Counted from the stretch's first letter, positions 42,770 through 56,744 are shown. The stretch is DNA of 64,000 nucleotides from Octopus vulgaris (GCA_951406725.2 OX597818.1:104036001-104100000); one strand, 5' to 3'. A program made the numbers and translations. The notes: generated by a model from the letters alone, not told the origin.

Positions 42770-42930
42770 TCTATATTTTTGAGATAAGGAATTATGTATA
42801 TTATTTACATTATTTACATTGGACGGATATGTGTCCTTATCTTGTTTCTTATTACCACAAATCAGCCGAAACGTTGCCACAACAACAAAACGAGAACACA
42901 TAACCGTCAAAGGTAAATAATGTAGATAAA
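42770..42930. mobile_element. Family E decayed foldback
   Basis: Inverted tail, then ATCAGCCGAAACGTTG and a direct tail. Confidence 0.7.
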
Positions 42931-43059
42931 TCTGAGATGTAAACAACAGCCATTTTGATTAGAGGTTTCGAATCCTGATCGAGACTGATAAACTTCAATA
43001 ACCGCTGAATAATCACTATTTACTGACACACACTTTTTCCATGTTATTTTCGCTCTTAA

Positions 43060-43340
43060 CCGTCCTCGCGACCACCTTCGTATCTACGATGGGGCCTCGA
43101 ACTGTACGATGAAAATTCAGAGTTACTCGTCGTCGTTGAATTTTTAGTAAAATTGCGAAGGAGGTTTGTTAATTCAATAATCGATATCCATGTAATAATC
43201 ATACTTTCTGATTTTTTAATGCTAAAAACCTTCCTTACCACCGTCTTTGTAATAACGAAAAATATCGTAACCACTGGTCCAACCGCCTGGCCGTGAAGAG
43301 GGAACAGACAAAGACACTGACAAACGCCCATTATAGTGAA
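43060..43340 (-). mobile_element. Second, more diverged Helitron copy, head-to-tail with the first
   Basis: Shares ATCTACGATGGG, AATAATCATACTTT, TGAAGAGG.AACAGACA and CATTATAGT with 43341-43657. Confidence 0.5.
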
Positions 43341-43657
43341 ATAGTAAATGTTCCCATCTACGATGGGAAATAGAGGGATAGTATCGCAAATCAAAACCCT
43401 CTAAATTCATGAACTATACGGGGCGGAGAAATTCACTGGAATTTTACAAGAAAACTCAAAGGTGATTTATTAGTACAAAACTCAATATCTACTAAATAAT
43501 CATACTTTTTCTCATATTTTTTCCGTTAAAACCTACCTTATTACCTCCTGCGTAATCCCGAAAAACATTGTGACCATTGCACCAGCTGTTTGACCCTGAA
43601 GAGGAAACAGACAGACGGGAAGTAGGACAGACGGACGTAACGCTCATTATAGTAAGA
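43341..43657 (-). mobile_element. Non-autonomous Helitron
   Basis: Minus strand starts A|TCTTACTATAA, has (CTGT)n-like repeats near the 5' end, an 8-bp hairpin at 43351-43369, and ends CTAT|T (CTAG-like). Confidence 0.6.
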
Positions 43658-43876
43658 TGTATTACTGGGTGCGGTGAATAAAAGGTCGTCTAAATTACGC
43701 AACAATGATAATAACACTGACAATTTATTTTAACAGATATGTTTACCAAAATTACATAGAAATATCTTGAAATACTAAAGAGTAAATTTATTCAATAAAA
43801 TCGCAATTGGCCTTTCAACCATGGACTCCTGCAATTCTTCTGGATGGTCTCCTTATATATATATATACGTATATAT

Positions 43877-44038
43877 GACGGGCTTCTTTCAGTTTCTGTC
43901 CACCAAATCCACTCACAACGATTTGGTCGGCCTGAGGTAATAGTAGAAAACACTTGCCCAAGGTGCCACGCAGTGGGAATGAACCCAGAACCATGTGGTT
44001 GATAAGCAAGCTACTTACCACATAGCCACTCCCACGCC
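43877..44038 (-). mobile_element. SINE family B 5' half
   Basis: Reverse-complement match. Confidence 0.85.
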
Positions 44039-45573
44039 TAGATATATATGTATATTCATGTAAGCAATGTCACTTAATTGGAGGAGATTACCAAGATGGA
44101 AATGTGAGGAACCGATCAATTTAGCTGATGAGCATTCACTTTAAAAAGAAAGCTGAGTGAAATACAATGGTCTTATGAGTATTTCTATGTGTCCTTAATT
44201 CCTGATTGAGAGCGATAAGCGCTTCGTAATCAGTTGTACGATATCTGAGCTACGTGGAACAATTACAACTGTTAACGAATGGAAATGATCAAAATCAAAA
44301 TTTCATCAGTTACATTATGCAGGTATTTCCATATTCGATTTTCTATTTATAATACACCCAAGTCTTAAAAGAACAGCCCTAGTATATCGTCAGTCTTTCA
44401 GGGCTTTTGCAAGTGGAGATAATAAAGGAATTCAAACATTATATTGGTTTCGGTTTGTCAGCTCTTAAAATCATGCACAAGCGTTTTAACCACGAACATT
44501 AATAAATTCTGTCTAACCGATCATTAAAGTGGAATAAAATATTATGTAGAAATTATCATATTTCATTAATATCCGTGTCTATTTATATACCAAACATTAC
44601 CTCGTCTCCTGTGAAGTGAATTTTTTAGTGCTGTTTGTTTTTTACCTTAATTATATTCTTCCTTCTTTTAGCACAACCACACACACATACACACACAAAC
44701 ACACACATATACTTGCAATAGTGTTTATGTAGCTATATATATATGTGTATGTAGGTATCTGTATATGTATATTTGTATATCCTTTCGTTTCCGAGATCTT
44801 GTTACTTTCCGTTTATTTCATTTATTTCCCTTGGAATAGATTTGCGAATTCGCCAAATATAATATGCTGTTAAAATTTTGGACACGAACCAAACACGATT
44901 GAAGAAATGGCAGAGGAACAAGAGGAAAACTGGTGAGACAGAAATACGAAAATGGACAGAAGGGAGAAAGGAAAAGGAAATAAGGATGGAAAAAGTTTAA
45001 AACAAAAAAGAAAGAAATTGCAGATAAAAACAAATATATCGACCACAACGATGACAATAAAGACGACGAAAACAACGAAACAACATAGATATTATAGCCA
45101 CGTGAAATAGGACGATTGGGTATTGTAAATATTGCAAATTACTATATCTTTGTTACTAGAATATTCGAAATGAACATTTAAAGAAAACGATCAAAAATAT
45201 AGCAAATACCAACACTACTGAAATTTCAACAATTGTTTATATTAAGAACCTCAATAATATACGGTCGAGACTGGTTTAGCTGAGTGAAAAAAGGAAAGAA
45301 AACAAATAGAAATTCATGAAATAGATTTTATAATTTTCTTCCTCCAAGGGGGACGTAGTTTGTACCTATTTCTGTCTATAACTGTCGAATTCAAATGGCG
45401 AAGTAAATAAATCTTAGAGAAAATAATTGAATGTAATATACATACGTTATATATAGAAAGAGACACACACACATTTACATGACCATATGTGTGTATACAT
45501 GTATGTATGTATGTATGTATGTATGTATACAGTATATATATATATACATATATATATATATGTATATACATAC

Positions 45574-45613
<40 letters not shown>

Positions 45614-45914
45614 TCTTGTGTCCGTATGTGTGTGTATATATAAGTATAAATACAGAAGTAGATAGAAATGCAGATACTCAATAATATTTGACTGCTAAAG
45701 TGCTTTTGCCTCTGTGTGTGTGTGTGTGTGTTTGTGTGGGTGTGTGTGTGTGCATATATAATTCTATTGGGGGGGCATTTGATCTCGAAGCAGATAAAGC
45801 TATGAATATTTTTAAATGTCACAAAACATTTTGTTGTAGAAGATGTACGTGCTGTAGACATAACATCAACAACACGGGTTTCATTCATTGGGTGTGTATT
45901 TTTGTGTGTGTATT

Positions 45915-45915
<1 letters not shown>

Positions 45916-45994
<79 letters not shown>

Positions 45995-46048
45995 CGGGTG
46001 GGCGGGTGGATGGATGGATGGATGGATGGATGGATGGATGGATGGATG
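45916..46048. repeat. (GATA)n then (GGAT)n compound microsatellite
   Basis: Seen directly. Confidence 0.97.
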
Positions 46049-46618
46049 TAGAGAGGGCGTGTATGTATGAACGTAATATATTTATGGGAGTAGATGCAAA
46101 GGGCCTGAGTTAGGCTCCGTTCAGTCCGAGCAGATCATTCCTGTGGGGAGTCCTAGTACGAATCTCTTTGGGCATTGCATATCAATGTTTAAATTATCGA
46201 CTTTTCCACTCCAAATTGAAGTCAGCACGTCCTAAGTTGAGGAAGAGTTGGCTACTATTTCTCTCGCGTTGTGCGGCCATGCTGTGTTTAACAAAGACAA
46301 TTTACTCATTTATTTTTGTGCGTACATTGCTCAACCTTACTTAGAAACCACGTGACAAAGATGTTGCATAACTAAACAGACTTCAGCGTTAGCATATATT
46401 TACACTTCAGTTAATCAATCAATTAGCTATGCGTCTCCTTCGAATGTCGGTAACAGTGAAAGTAGCTTACATCTTCTACTACTCGTGAAATTATCAGAGC
46501 GCAATCTCCAAATGAAAATCAACTAAGTGGAACTAATTAAGATAACATCTTCTCCAATGTGCAACTATAAATCTAAGGTTAATAACAATACATACAAATA
46601 TATACATACATACATACA

Positions 46619-46652
<34 letters not shown>

Positions 46653-47017
46653 CATATATACATACACACACATATATATATACATATTCATAATTTTATA
46701 TATACGCATATATGCATATCCGTAAATATGTTCATACATACATATATATTTGTGTGTATGCATAAGTGTGTTTGTATACGAAATATTTACTAAAACAATT
46801 TCTTCAACGAAATGCGAAAACGTTAAACTAAATTCTTTACATAATTATATACGTATCGATTGATCGACTTCATAATTAAGGAATTAAATTATTCTGAATT
46901 TTAGATGTTACAGACGATCCAATCAACTTTAGGTGTATAACAGATACGCCGGTTATGGATGTATACGTCTCTAAGCTTATGATGTGTGAGCTTGAATTTA
47001 AAATCAATATGAATTTC

Positions 47018-47097
<80 letters not shown>

Positions 47098-47685
47098 TCT
47101 TTTTACTATCTTTTATCTTTTACTTGTTTCAGTCATCTGACTGCGGCCATGCTGGAACACTGCTTGTAGTCGACCAAATCGACCCCAGGACTTATTCTTT
47201 GTAAGCCTGGTATCTATTCTATCGGTTTCTTTTGCCGAACCGCTAAGTTAGGGGTACGTAAACACACCATCATCGGTTATCAAGCGATGTTGGTGGGGAG
47301 ACAAACACAGACACACAAACATATACATACACATACATATATATATATATCTACATATATACGACGGGCTTCCTTCAGATTCCGTTTCCCAAATCCACTC
47401 ACCAGTCTCTGGTCGGCCCAAGACTATAGTAGAAGACACTTGCCCAAGTTGCCAGACAGTGGAAATCAACCCGGAGGCGTGTGGTTCGTAAGTAAGGCGC
47501 AGTTATGGCTGTGTGATAAGAAGCATGATTCCAAACCACATGGTTCCGGGTTCAGTCCCACTATGTGGCACCTTGGGCTAGTGACTACTACTATAACCTG
47601 CAGCTCACCAAAGCCTTGTAGTTAAAGTTGGTAGACGGGAATGGAAAGAAGCCGGACGCATATATATATATATATATGTGTGTGC

Positions 47686-47733
<48 letters not shown>

Positions 47734-47736
47734 ATA

Positions 47737-47776
<40 letters not shown>

Positions 47777-47955
47777 GTGTGTGAGTGATTTCCCTCCCAT
47801 CATCGTTTGACAACCGATGCTGCTATGTTAACGTCTCTGCAAAGTAGGGGTTCGGCACAAGTGACCGATAGAATAAGTACTACACTTACAAAGAATAAGT
47901 ACTAAAGGTGTTGCTCCATCATGGCCGGAGTCAAATGATTGCAACAAATACATGA
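47098..47955. mobile_element. Two family B SINEs head-to-head (minus 47098-47493, plus 47495-47955)
   Basis: Consensus matches on opposite strands, abutting. Confidence 0.85.
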
Positions 47956-47994
47956 ATAGAAGATTATATATATATAACCAAAAGAAAATATATA

Positions 47995-48200
47995 CTTTTC
48001 TAGGCACAAAGCCCGAAATTTCGCGGGTGGAGGCCAGTTGATTAGAAAGACCCCAATACTGAACTATTACTTAATTTATGGCGCCCGAAATGATGAAAGG
48101 CAAAGTCGACCTCGGCGGAATTTGAACTCAGAACGTAAAGACAGACGACATACCCCTAAGCATTTCGCACGGAGTGCTAACATTTCTGCAGCTCGCCGCC
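47995..48200 (-). mobile_element. SINE family A, alternative-tail subfamily
   Basis: Head to AGGCACAAAGCCCGAAATTT tail. Confidence 0.82.
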
Positions 48201-48234
48201 TTCGGTTTTATATATTACAATTACTATGAGCATA

Positions 48235-48292
<58 letters not shown>

Positions 48293-48309
48293 TGTGTGTG
48301 ATGTGTCTG

Positions 48310-48530
48310 TATGCGTATATGTTTGTGTGTCTGTTTTTGTCCCCCGAACTTCGCTTGACAACCGATGCTGGCGTGTTTACGTCCCCGTAAACTAGCGGTT
48401 CGGCAAAAGATTTCGATAGAATGAAGTACTAGGCTTACAAATAATAAGTCCTAGGGTCGATTTCCTCGACTAAAAGCGGTGCTCCAGTATGGCCGCAGTC
48501 AAATAACTGATACAAAAAAAAAAGAGAAAA
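48310..48530 (+). mobile_element. SINE family B 3' half
   Basis: Consensus match after a (TG)n run. Confidence 0.85.
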
Positions 48531-48578
48531 AAAGAGTATACTTTATAGTATGTTTTGGTGGTATAACGAAATACCTAT

Positions 48579-48805
48579 TTCTTTATTACCCACAAGGGGC
48601 TAAACACAGAGGGGACAAACAAGGACCGACAAACGGATTAAGTCGATTACATCGACCCCAGTGCGTAACTGGTACTTAATTTATCGACCCCGAAAGGATG
48701 AAAGGCAAAGTCGACCTCGGAGGAATTTGAACTCGGAACGTAACGACAGATGAAATACGGCTACGCATTTCGTCCGGCGCGCTAACGTTTCTGCCAGCTC
48801 ACCGC
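48579..48805 (-). mobile_element. SINE family A, full length
   Basis: Consensus match; TACCTAT duplicated at both ends. Confidence 0.9.
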
Positions 48806-49436
48806 TTACCTATAAGTCATTAACAGAGATGTTGTCCCTTCTTTTAGCTTCAACATATTGGGAAATAAATCTATGCATACATTATCAACTGGTAGTATTC
48901 TGTAAAAATATATTGACCATGTCTTCGATGTGGACATGTACTTTCCGTGTCCAGGCACGCGGTCAATCAAAATATAGAAAGATCTCTGAATATTGTCGGC
49001 TTAACTTTCATCCTAAAATATGAAAAAAAAACAACCCTAAATTAACAGTTTTTTAGATGCTGAACTCACTTATCTCTCAAATCTTAATTCTGTTTGCACA
49101 TGAGTATTTTTTTTTAAATTCTAGACTCAAAGCCATTTAGTAGGAGGTGTTGTTAGCAAATTATCTGATATATATTTCCGATACCTGAAGTGAAAATAAA
49201 AAACGAAATATTGGATTTAACTTTATGAGCTATAAATGTTTAACTCAGTCATTCATTTAGTTAGCTTTCGCAATTCTAAGTCGCAGGTATATGCCTGCAA
49301 TTTATCTCGTCCTCCACGGAAGATAAAATATGAAATCGTTCGCAGGGCGATTTTAACTGATAAGAAAGGCGGATGGAATATATTGCAAAATTAATAGATT
49401 CCCCCAGTAACACTACTGTTTTTCATCTGTTTTATG

Positions 49437-49613
<177 letters not shown>

Positions 49614-49984
49614 GTATTGATTTCACAAACGGACACACGATCTATGTTTTGGAAGATATTGATGATCTAGCCAATTCCAGAATCATATTGGCAATCATTT
49701 GATCTATAGTGGGTAATGTTCAGCTTGGGATCTGAATTAAAAATTTTGAGCTTTCTAATCAAATACCATATAAGTTTTACCTTCCACTCTGACAAATCTA
49801 CATAATGGAAGTAGTACTTTTGATTTTAGATTATGGTACAAGGCCCAGTAATTCCAGGAGAAAGGTTCAAACCCAGTGCTTGAATGGTACTTATTTTCTT
49901 GACTCCGAAATTATGAAATATAAAGTGGCGGAATTTGAACTCAAAATGTTGTACCATTGCACCACGTCTTTCTCTCACTCTTTC

Positions 49985-50180
49985 TTCCAGCTTCTGTTGT
50001 ACCTGTATTTCAAAAGGCCAGCCTTGTCACACGCTGTGTCACGCTGAATCACCCCGAGAACTACGCTAAGTGCTCAGCCATTTGCACATGCTCAGCCACT
50101 TACACTTTAATTTCACGAGCAAACTGTTCCGTTGATCAGTTCAACTTGTACCCTCGTCGTCGTAACCGACGGAGTGCCAC
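49985..50180 (+). mobile_element. SINE family D 3' part
   Basis: Ends CCCTCGTCGTCGTAACCGACGGAGTGCCA. Confidence 0.75.
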
Positions 50181-50262
50181 ATACATTACTATATGTAATT
50201 AGCTACAACACTTGCACGCACACACACATATTGTTCGAAAAATATAGCTGAGAGTAACATGC

Positions 50263-50304
<42 letters not shown>

Positions 50305-50312
50305 TATATATA

Positions 50313-50367
<55 letters not shown>

Positions 50368-51208
50368 ACACACGTATATCTGTATTTGCAACAACATATA
50401 TGTCAATGCGGTCAGCAGAAGTCAATATATGTGTTTACTACCATCATAATAATTGAGAGCGATGGGAGATGTTGGAGAGAACCGACTGACCTTGTGTTTC
50501 AATTACCGTTAGGAAAAACACGCACCGTTGATTTATTTCTTTTATAAGCTTATTTTATTAACTTTGCTGTGCTTTATGGATTTCGTAATTGTGCAGTTTG
50601 CAAGTATATCAGTTAGTTATGGTTTACGTTTGTTACCAGTTCCCGACAGTGTCTGGGGCCGATGTTTGTGTGTCCGAGAGCCTGGAAGAAATTAATGGAT
50701 AATGTGCTCCTAGAAAGTCGCTTATTTTGAAGTTGCTTCAGTTAGATATGATTGATTCTAATTTCAGCTCACGAGCTGTGGCCATGCTGGGGCACCGCCA
50801 TTTATCTGGAAATATTTATGAGAGTTCTTGCAATAAAAGAGATGTTTACATATTCGAACAATTTGAGAAAAAGATATTTCAAGTATTCATAGAATATTGT
50901 AGATATTCCAAGTTTTATGAAAGATGATAATCTACATGTTCGGACGCAGAAAGCTGTTGATAGTCAAGTTTTAAAGACATTTTGAAAGAAATAATAAATC
51001 CTCACATAAAATTGTAGCTATTCAAGATTTTAAAATTACGTGAGAGATGATTGTTTGTGGGTTTTGACAGGGAAAACTGTAGATACTCGTGATTTTATGT
51101 CCGTTTTTCAGTTGTACAGTGGGTGTGTATCAGTATTTCTGAGTCATCAGATGTTGACAGGTCAGAGTGCGAAGAACAGGTCTAGCTGCTATCAAGGCAG
51201 GCGGACTA

Positions 51209-51455
51209 GGCGGCGAGCTGCCTGAATCGTGAGTACGCCAGGTGAAATTCTTAGCAGTCTGTCTTTAGGTTCTGAGTTCAAACATCCGCCGAGAATTGTT
51301 AACGCGCCTGACAAAATGATTAGCGGCATTTCATCCGTTCTGCATTCTGTGTTCAAATTCTGCCGTGATCGACTTTGCCCATCATTCTTTCGGGTTCGAT
51401 AAATTAAGTACCAATTGTGTATTGTGTACGAGGATTGATCTGATCGAATGCCCCC
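51209..51455 (+). mobile_element. SINE family A with duplicated head
   Basis: Two successive head/B-box segments. Confidence 0.7.
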
Positions 51456-51585
51456 TGGGTTCCCATTCCTAAGGTATTTTTCTATGTTGTTGTTGTTATT
51501 GTTGTTGTTGTTGTTGTTGTTCTTCTTCTTCTTCTTCTTCTTCTTATTCTTCTTCTTCTTATTATTATTATTATTATTATTATTA

Positions 51586-51632
<47 letters not shown>

Positions 51633-51836
51633 TAATAGTTATCGCCATACTAATATGGCATTCTTATAAAAATAAGAAAAAAGCTGTCCGCTTATTAGCT
51701 CCATGAGGCCATCGCCTTAAGTTAGCTATTTGATACACAAACTGTATCCATATAACCTTCGAACATGGAGCTAATAAGCGGACAGCTTTTTTCTTATTTT
51801 TATAAGAATGCCATATTAGTATGGCGATAACTATTA
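51633..51836. repeat. Perfect 73-bp inverted repeat with 58-bp spacer, inside (TTA)n
   Basis: 51633-51705 is the reverse complement of 51764-51836. Confidence 0.92.
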
Positions 51837-51894
51837 TTTTCCGGGAACGCTGCCGCTGTTCTCTTTTAGAGAGACTTAGTTATTTTAATATTTC

Positions 51895-51960
<66 letters not shown>

Positions 51961-51982
51961 CATTGTTGTTGTTGTTGTTGTT

Positions 51983-52217
51983 GTAATCGACTTAATCTGT
52001 TTGTCAGTCCTTGTTTGTCCCCTCTATGTTAGCCCCTAGAGGGTAATAACGAAACAGCTATTTCACTTGTCACTTTGTTCAGAATTCAAATTCTGTCGAG
52101 GTTGACTTTGTCTTTCATCCTTTCGGGGTCGATAAATTAAGTACCATTGAGTGGGGACGATGTAATCGACTAGTCCCCTCTCCCAAAATTTCAGGCTTTG
52201 CACCTGTACTAGAAACG
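51983..52217 (+). mobile_element. Two SINE family A fragments (tail 1, then body plus tail 2)
   Basis: Consensus similarity. Confidence 0.75.
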
Positions 52218-52221
52218 ATTG

Positions 52222-52284
52222 CTACTACTACTACTAATAATAATAATACTACTACTGCTACTACTGCTACTGCTGCTGCTGCAG

Positions 52285-52335
<51 letters not shown>

Positions 52336-52361
52336 TTACTACTACTACTACTACTACTACT
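52222..52361. repeat. (CTA)n/(CTG)n compound microsatellite
   Basis: Seen directly. Confidence 0.97.
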
Positions 52362-52882
52362 CTCACTTCTATTCATGATGATCATGATTTTACCGCTACT
52401 ACCAGTACAGATACGTTCACGTTGTCAGAAACTGACGAAGCAAATTGCTGCTCGTTTTTAAATTCAGATTATTGTTAGTTACTGTTTTTATGCTTAACCA
52501 GTCGGCGATGAACATTCTTCTTATACTAAAAGAAAATTCATTAACCATTCAAAAGAAAAGGGACACCGATAAAGAATTTAGGGATTAAAAGGGTTAACAA
52601 ATGTTGGAAATATGATTATTTATTTTCAGTTTTTAATCTATGACTCTCTTGGGAATATTTCTGCAGCGAAATAAATTTTAATGTAGTGCCCCACTCCTAT
52701 GTACAAAAAGGTGTGTAGAATTAATTATTTTGTTTAAGTATACAATAGTAACCCTACCTGTCACGAAACACCCTAGTCGAGAGCTTAAGTAATAACCTTC
52801 ACTCAACACCAACAATACATTATATCTTTGTTTAAACACACAGACATAAACACGCACATATACATACACACATACACATATA

Positions 52883-52943
<61 letters not shown>

Positions 52944-53150
52944 TATACGTATATGTAAGTATGTATACACATACACACTCCCTACTTATCTCACTTCTCA
53001 TTTGTCTCTCTCTCTGTCTCCATATATATAAATATATATATATATAAGTACTAGTATACATACTCATGCACATATATATAAGTACTTATATACATTTTTA
53101 TGCATAAATATATATGCGTGTATATATGTATGTGTAGATATATATATATA

Positions 53151-53195
<45 letters not shown>

Positions 53196-54519
53196 GTGTA
53201 TACCTCTTTGTATATGTATGTACATGTGTATATATATATATATATACATATGTATGTATAGGTATACATACACACCTACACATACGTACATACACACATA
53301 TACATTTGTGTATGTACGTATGTTTGTATGTATGTAAACCACTAAACTAAGAACGTGCCGCCAGACTTAATTTCTCTCCAAACTGTCCATTCCCGAGTTC
53401 AAAAGACCAGAAATTGTCCATAGTCTGCGAGTTTGAATAGAACAGAAGAAAATAAAAAGTGAACAGTTTGAAAGTCTGTCGCTATTTTTCTTGTTACTTT
53501 CTTTTTGTTTTGTTGTTGTTTTTTTTGTTATTTTATATTTTTTCTGTTTTTTTATATGTGGGTTCTATATTGCTTCATTGTTTGTGAACGTGATGTTTGA
53601 GTAAACATTTGTTCAATTAGGTTATATTGTTGTTTTTGATATTTTTTTGATATTTTTATTTTTATTTTATTTTTCATTCATTTTATTTTATTTCGTTTTT
53701 CTTTTCCTTTTTTTTAAATTTATTTTTTGCTTGCCAAAGTATTAAAATATGTCTTATGAAGAGAACAAGAGAACGATAGATGAATCGATTCCGACAAAGA
53801 TAACAACAAACACCAGGATGAAAAAATATATATATATAAAAAAAAAGAAAGAAAGAAATGTGACGAGGAGGGCGTCTGAAAGGTATGACGATATCAACAA
53901 GAGAGAAAAAAAAAGGAGAGAAAAAATGAATTAGTGTCGGAAAATAGAAAAAAATTATTCTAAAGAATTTGTCGTTTCATTACCTTTTGCGTTACAAGGT
54001 GATATCTTTGTCATGTCAATTGGTGCTAAGTATAAACAAGTATCATGGTACCGTTGCCATTGCCCTCAAGTAAATATATAAATAAATAGATGTAACCTTT
54101 AGTTCCCCCATCACCTTTGTCATACCCACAACCCAAAACAACAAGAATTATTGTAACTAATTATTCGTAGAGAATATTATGAATCTACCTTGGCTTACGT
54201 AAGTTTCGGGTACGTTTAAAATGAGCGTTAGCTCTTTTCTTTACAAGGGACGGAAATGGAGTGGATCGCCTTGCGTGAAATAGATATTAAACGTCCCGCA
54301 AATCAAAGATTACCGTCTTGATAAAAATGCAAGATGATATAATTCTATTAAATTGATTGGTTGAAACAATTCCGATGGTCTGTTTTCATAGATACAGGGG
54401 ACATTTTATCATGGGGTACTATAGTTGAATACTTTAAACTATATTGCTAAATTGTATAAAGTTAAAATTTAGGGTTGCCAAGACGATTATTAAGAAGAAT
54501 GTTATATATATATCCTCTC

Positions 54520-54895
54520 CCCATCCTCTCCTCTTCCCCCTCTCCTCCCCTCTTCTTCCCCTCCCCTTCTCCCCCTCTTCTCCCCCTTCTCCCCCTCTTC
54601 TCCTCACTACACCACATGACTTTACACATCACATCACATATGATGTGCCATACTAATACACACACCAACTAATACATACTAATACGTACTAATACATACT
54701 AGTACATACTAATACTTACACCAACCCTATACATACACACGTCCAGACCCCCGCATACGCACTTATACTCTCTCACACACACACACACATACCTATACAT
54801 ACCAATACGTACTAATACATACTAATACATACTAATACATACACCAACCCCATACATACGCACGTCCAGACCAATCTTACGCACTAATACTCTCT

Positions 54896-54934
<39 letters not shown>

Positions 54935-55285
54935 ATACATACTAATACATACACCAACCCTATACATACACACATCCAGACCCCTCCCACGCACTTTTAG
55001 CTGGTCCCTCAACCCTTTTATCAACCCTATTATCTCCCCTTATTTCGCTCTCGCGTCTCATGTTTGATCTTTGACCTCTGGCCGAAATCAGATCGCCATG
55101 TTGATTCGTTAGCTACTGCACGCATTTTTTTTCTCTCCTTCTTTCTGTGTTTTTCTCTCTCTGTGTATCTTTCTGTTGAAGAGCGTAGGCTCGAAACGTT
55201 AAAGACTTGTTTTATTTATATTTCCTGAGCGCCATACTAATACAATTGTTCGTTTGTTTTCCACCTGCCTTCGTCTTTTGTCTAT
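54520..55285 (+). mobile_element. Family F PLE-like non-coding element with hammerhead and upstream minisatellite
   Basis: 54995-55285 is homologous to 15452-15727; about 120-bp imperfect units x3 at 54650-55000. The 5' boundary is uncertain. Confidence 0.6.
55168..55205 (+). ncRNA. Minimal hammerhead motif, CUGUUGA core variant
   Basis: TCTTT-CTGTTGA-A-GAGC(GTAG)GCTC-GAAA-CG-TT-AAAGA: perfect stems I and II, palindromic AACGTT. Confidence 0.65.
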
Positions 55286-55302
55286 TTTCATAAAGCTTCC
55301 CG

Positions 55303-55340
<38 letters not shown>

Positions 55341-55346
<6 letters not shown>

Positions 55347-56545
55347 GTTTCCGACTTTTTTATAAATTTTGGAAATTGTTGCGTTTTTACATTTTTCAAT
55401 CATTTTGGAATCTATTTAGTTTTTTTTTCTAGATAATTTTAGTTCACTTTTGTTTATTTTCAGATCATTAAAATGGAATGTCAAGTTAAGAAAAACGAGC
55501 ATTTTGTACACCTTCTTTTTGCTTTTAATAAAGGTTCTAAGATCGCAAAAGCTGCTCGCGATCTTTGTGCTGTTGTATGGAGAGGGAGCAATATCTGAAA
55601 GAACCACTCGTGATTGGTATGCCAAGTTCAAAGATGGAAATTTTCACCTCAAAACGCACCTCGTTCTGGCCGTCCAGTTGAGTTCCATGAAGAGCGATCA
55701 AACCAAATTTTGCACGTAAATTCTCGTCAAACGACAAGGGAACTGACAGAGAAAATGGAATGCTTCCAAACAGCTATAGACAAGTATCTTCACATGATTG
55801 GAAAGTTTCAGAAACAGGGAACATGTGTTCCGCATGCTTTAGGTGACAACAACAAAAATCAACGAGCCACAATCTCTGCTGTTTTACTTGCTCGTCACCG
55901 GTCAACTCATGGACAGAAGCAACGTTTCCTTTACCGAATCGTTACGGGCGACGAGAAATGGCGCATGTACATCAATATGAAGCAGCGTAAGGAACGGCTT
56001 AGCCCTGGTAAACAAGCGACACCGCGCGTGAAACAAGATCTTCATCCGCGTAAAACGATGTTGTGCGTATCGTGGGACTGGGAAGGGATTATCCATTACG
56101 AATTGCTTGAACGGAACCAAACGGTCAACGCGGAACTCTATCTTCAACAGATGGACCGACTCATCACGGCTATTCAAGACAAAATCCCTAATCGGCAGCA
56201 TGATATTCTGCTGCACGACAACACCCGCCCTCATATCAACAATATGACTAAGGAAGCCATTCAAACGCATGGTTGGGAAGTGCTGCTACACTCGCCGTCC
56301 TTTCCTGAATTGGCACCAACGGATTTCCACCACTTTCGTTCCCTTTCAAATTCTATGCGCGGAGTTTCGTTCAATACTGATGCAGATTTCTACCAACGAA
56401 GTATTGCAAATCTTGTTGAACGTCGGGAAGAAGTTGTAAACAACAAGGGTGAATACATTATTGATTAATTAGATGTTATTTTTTATTAAAACTTTTTAAA
56501 AACTTTAATTTGAAAAACTGCGGGAACTTACTTGTAAACCCAATA
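55341..56545 (+). mobile_element. Mariner (DD34D) transposon, near full length, defective
   Basis: Right TIR-like end AAAACTGCGGGAACTTACTTGTAAACCCAATA; left TIR eroded into (TA)n; transposase inside. Confidence 0.92.
55473..56468 (+). pseudogene. Mariner transposase pseudogene
   Basis: MECQVKKNEHF start, frameshifts near 55575 and 55652. Motifs PRSGRP, CVPHAL (WVPHEL-like), TGDEKW, HDNTRPH, SFPELAPTDF (YSPDLAPSD-like) and GEYIID stop. Apparent short deletion near 56385. Confidence 0.93.
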
Positions 56546-56552
56546 TATACTT

Positions 56553-56583
<31 letters not shown>

Positions 56584-56589
56584 CATACA

Positions 56590-56625
<36 letters not shown>

Positions 56626-56744
56626 TATATTATGCTTGTTTCAGCTTAGAGCTGCGGCCATGCTGATGCACCGCCGTTAAAGTATCATACGCCCGCATCT
56701 ATACATACACATATGTATGTATATGCATACATTGGGCTTCAATA

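Noticed and set aside
44119-44180. CTGATGA...GAAA...GTC hammerhead-like spacing
   Set aside because: Stems I-III pair poorly and there is no paralogue in the window.
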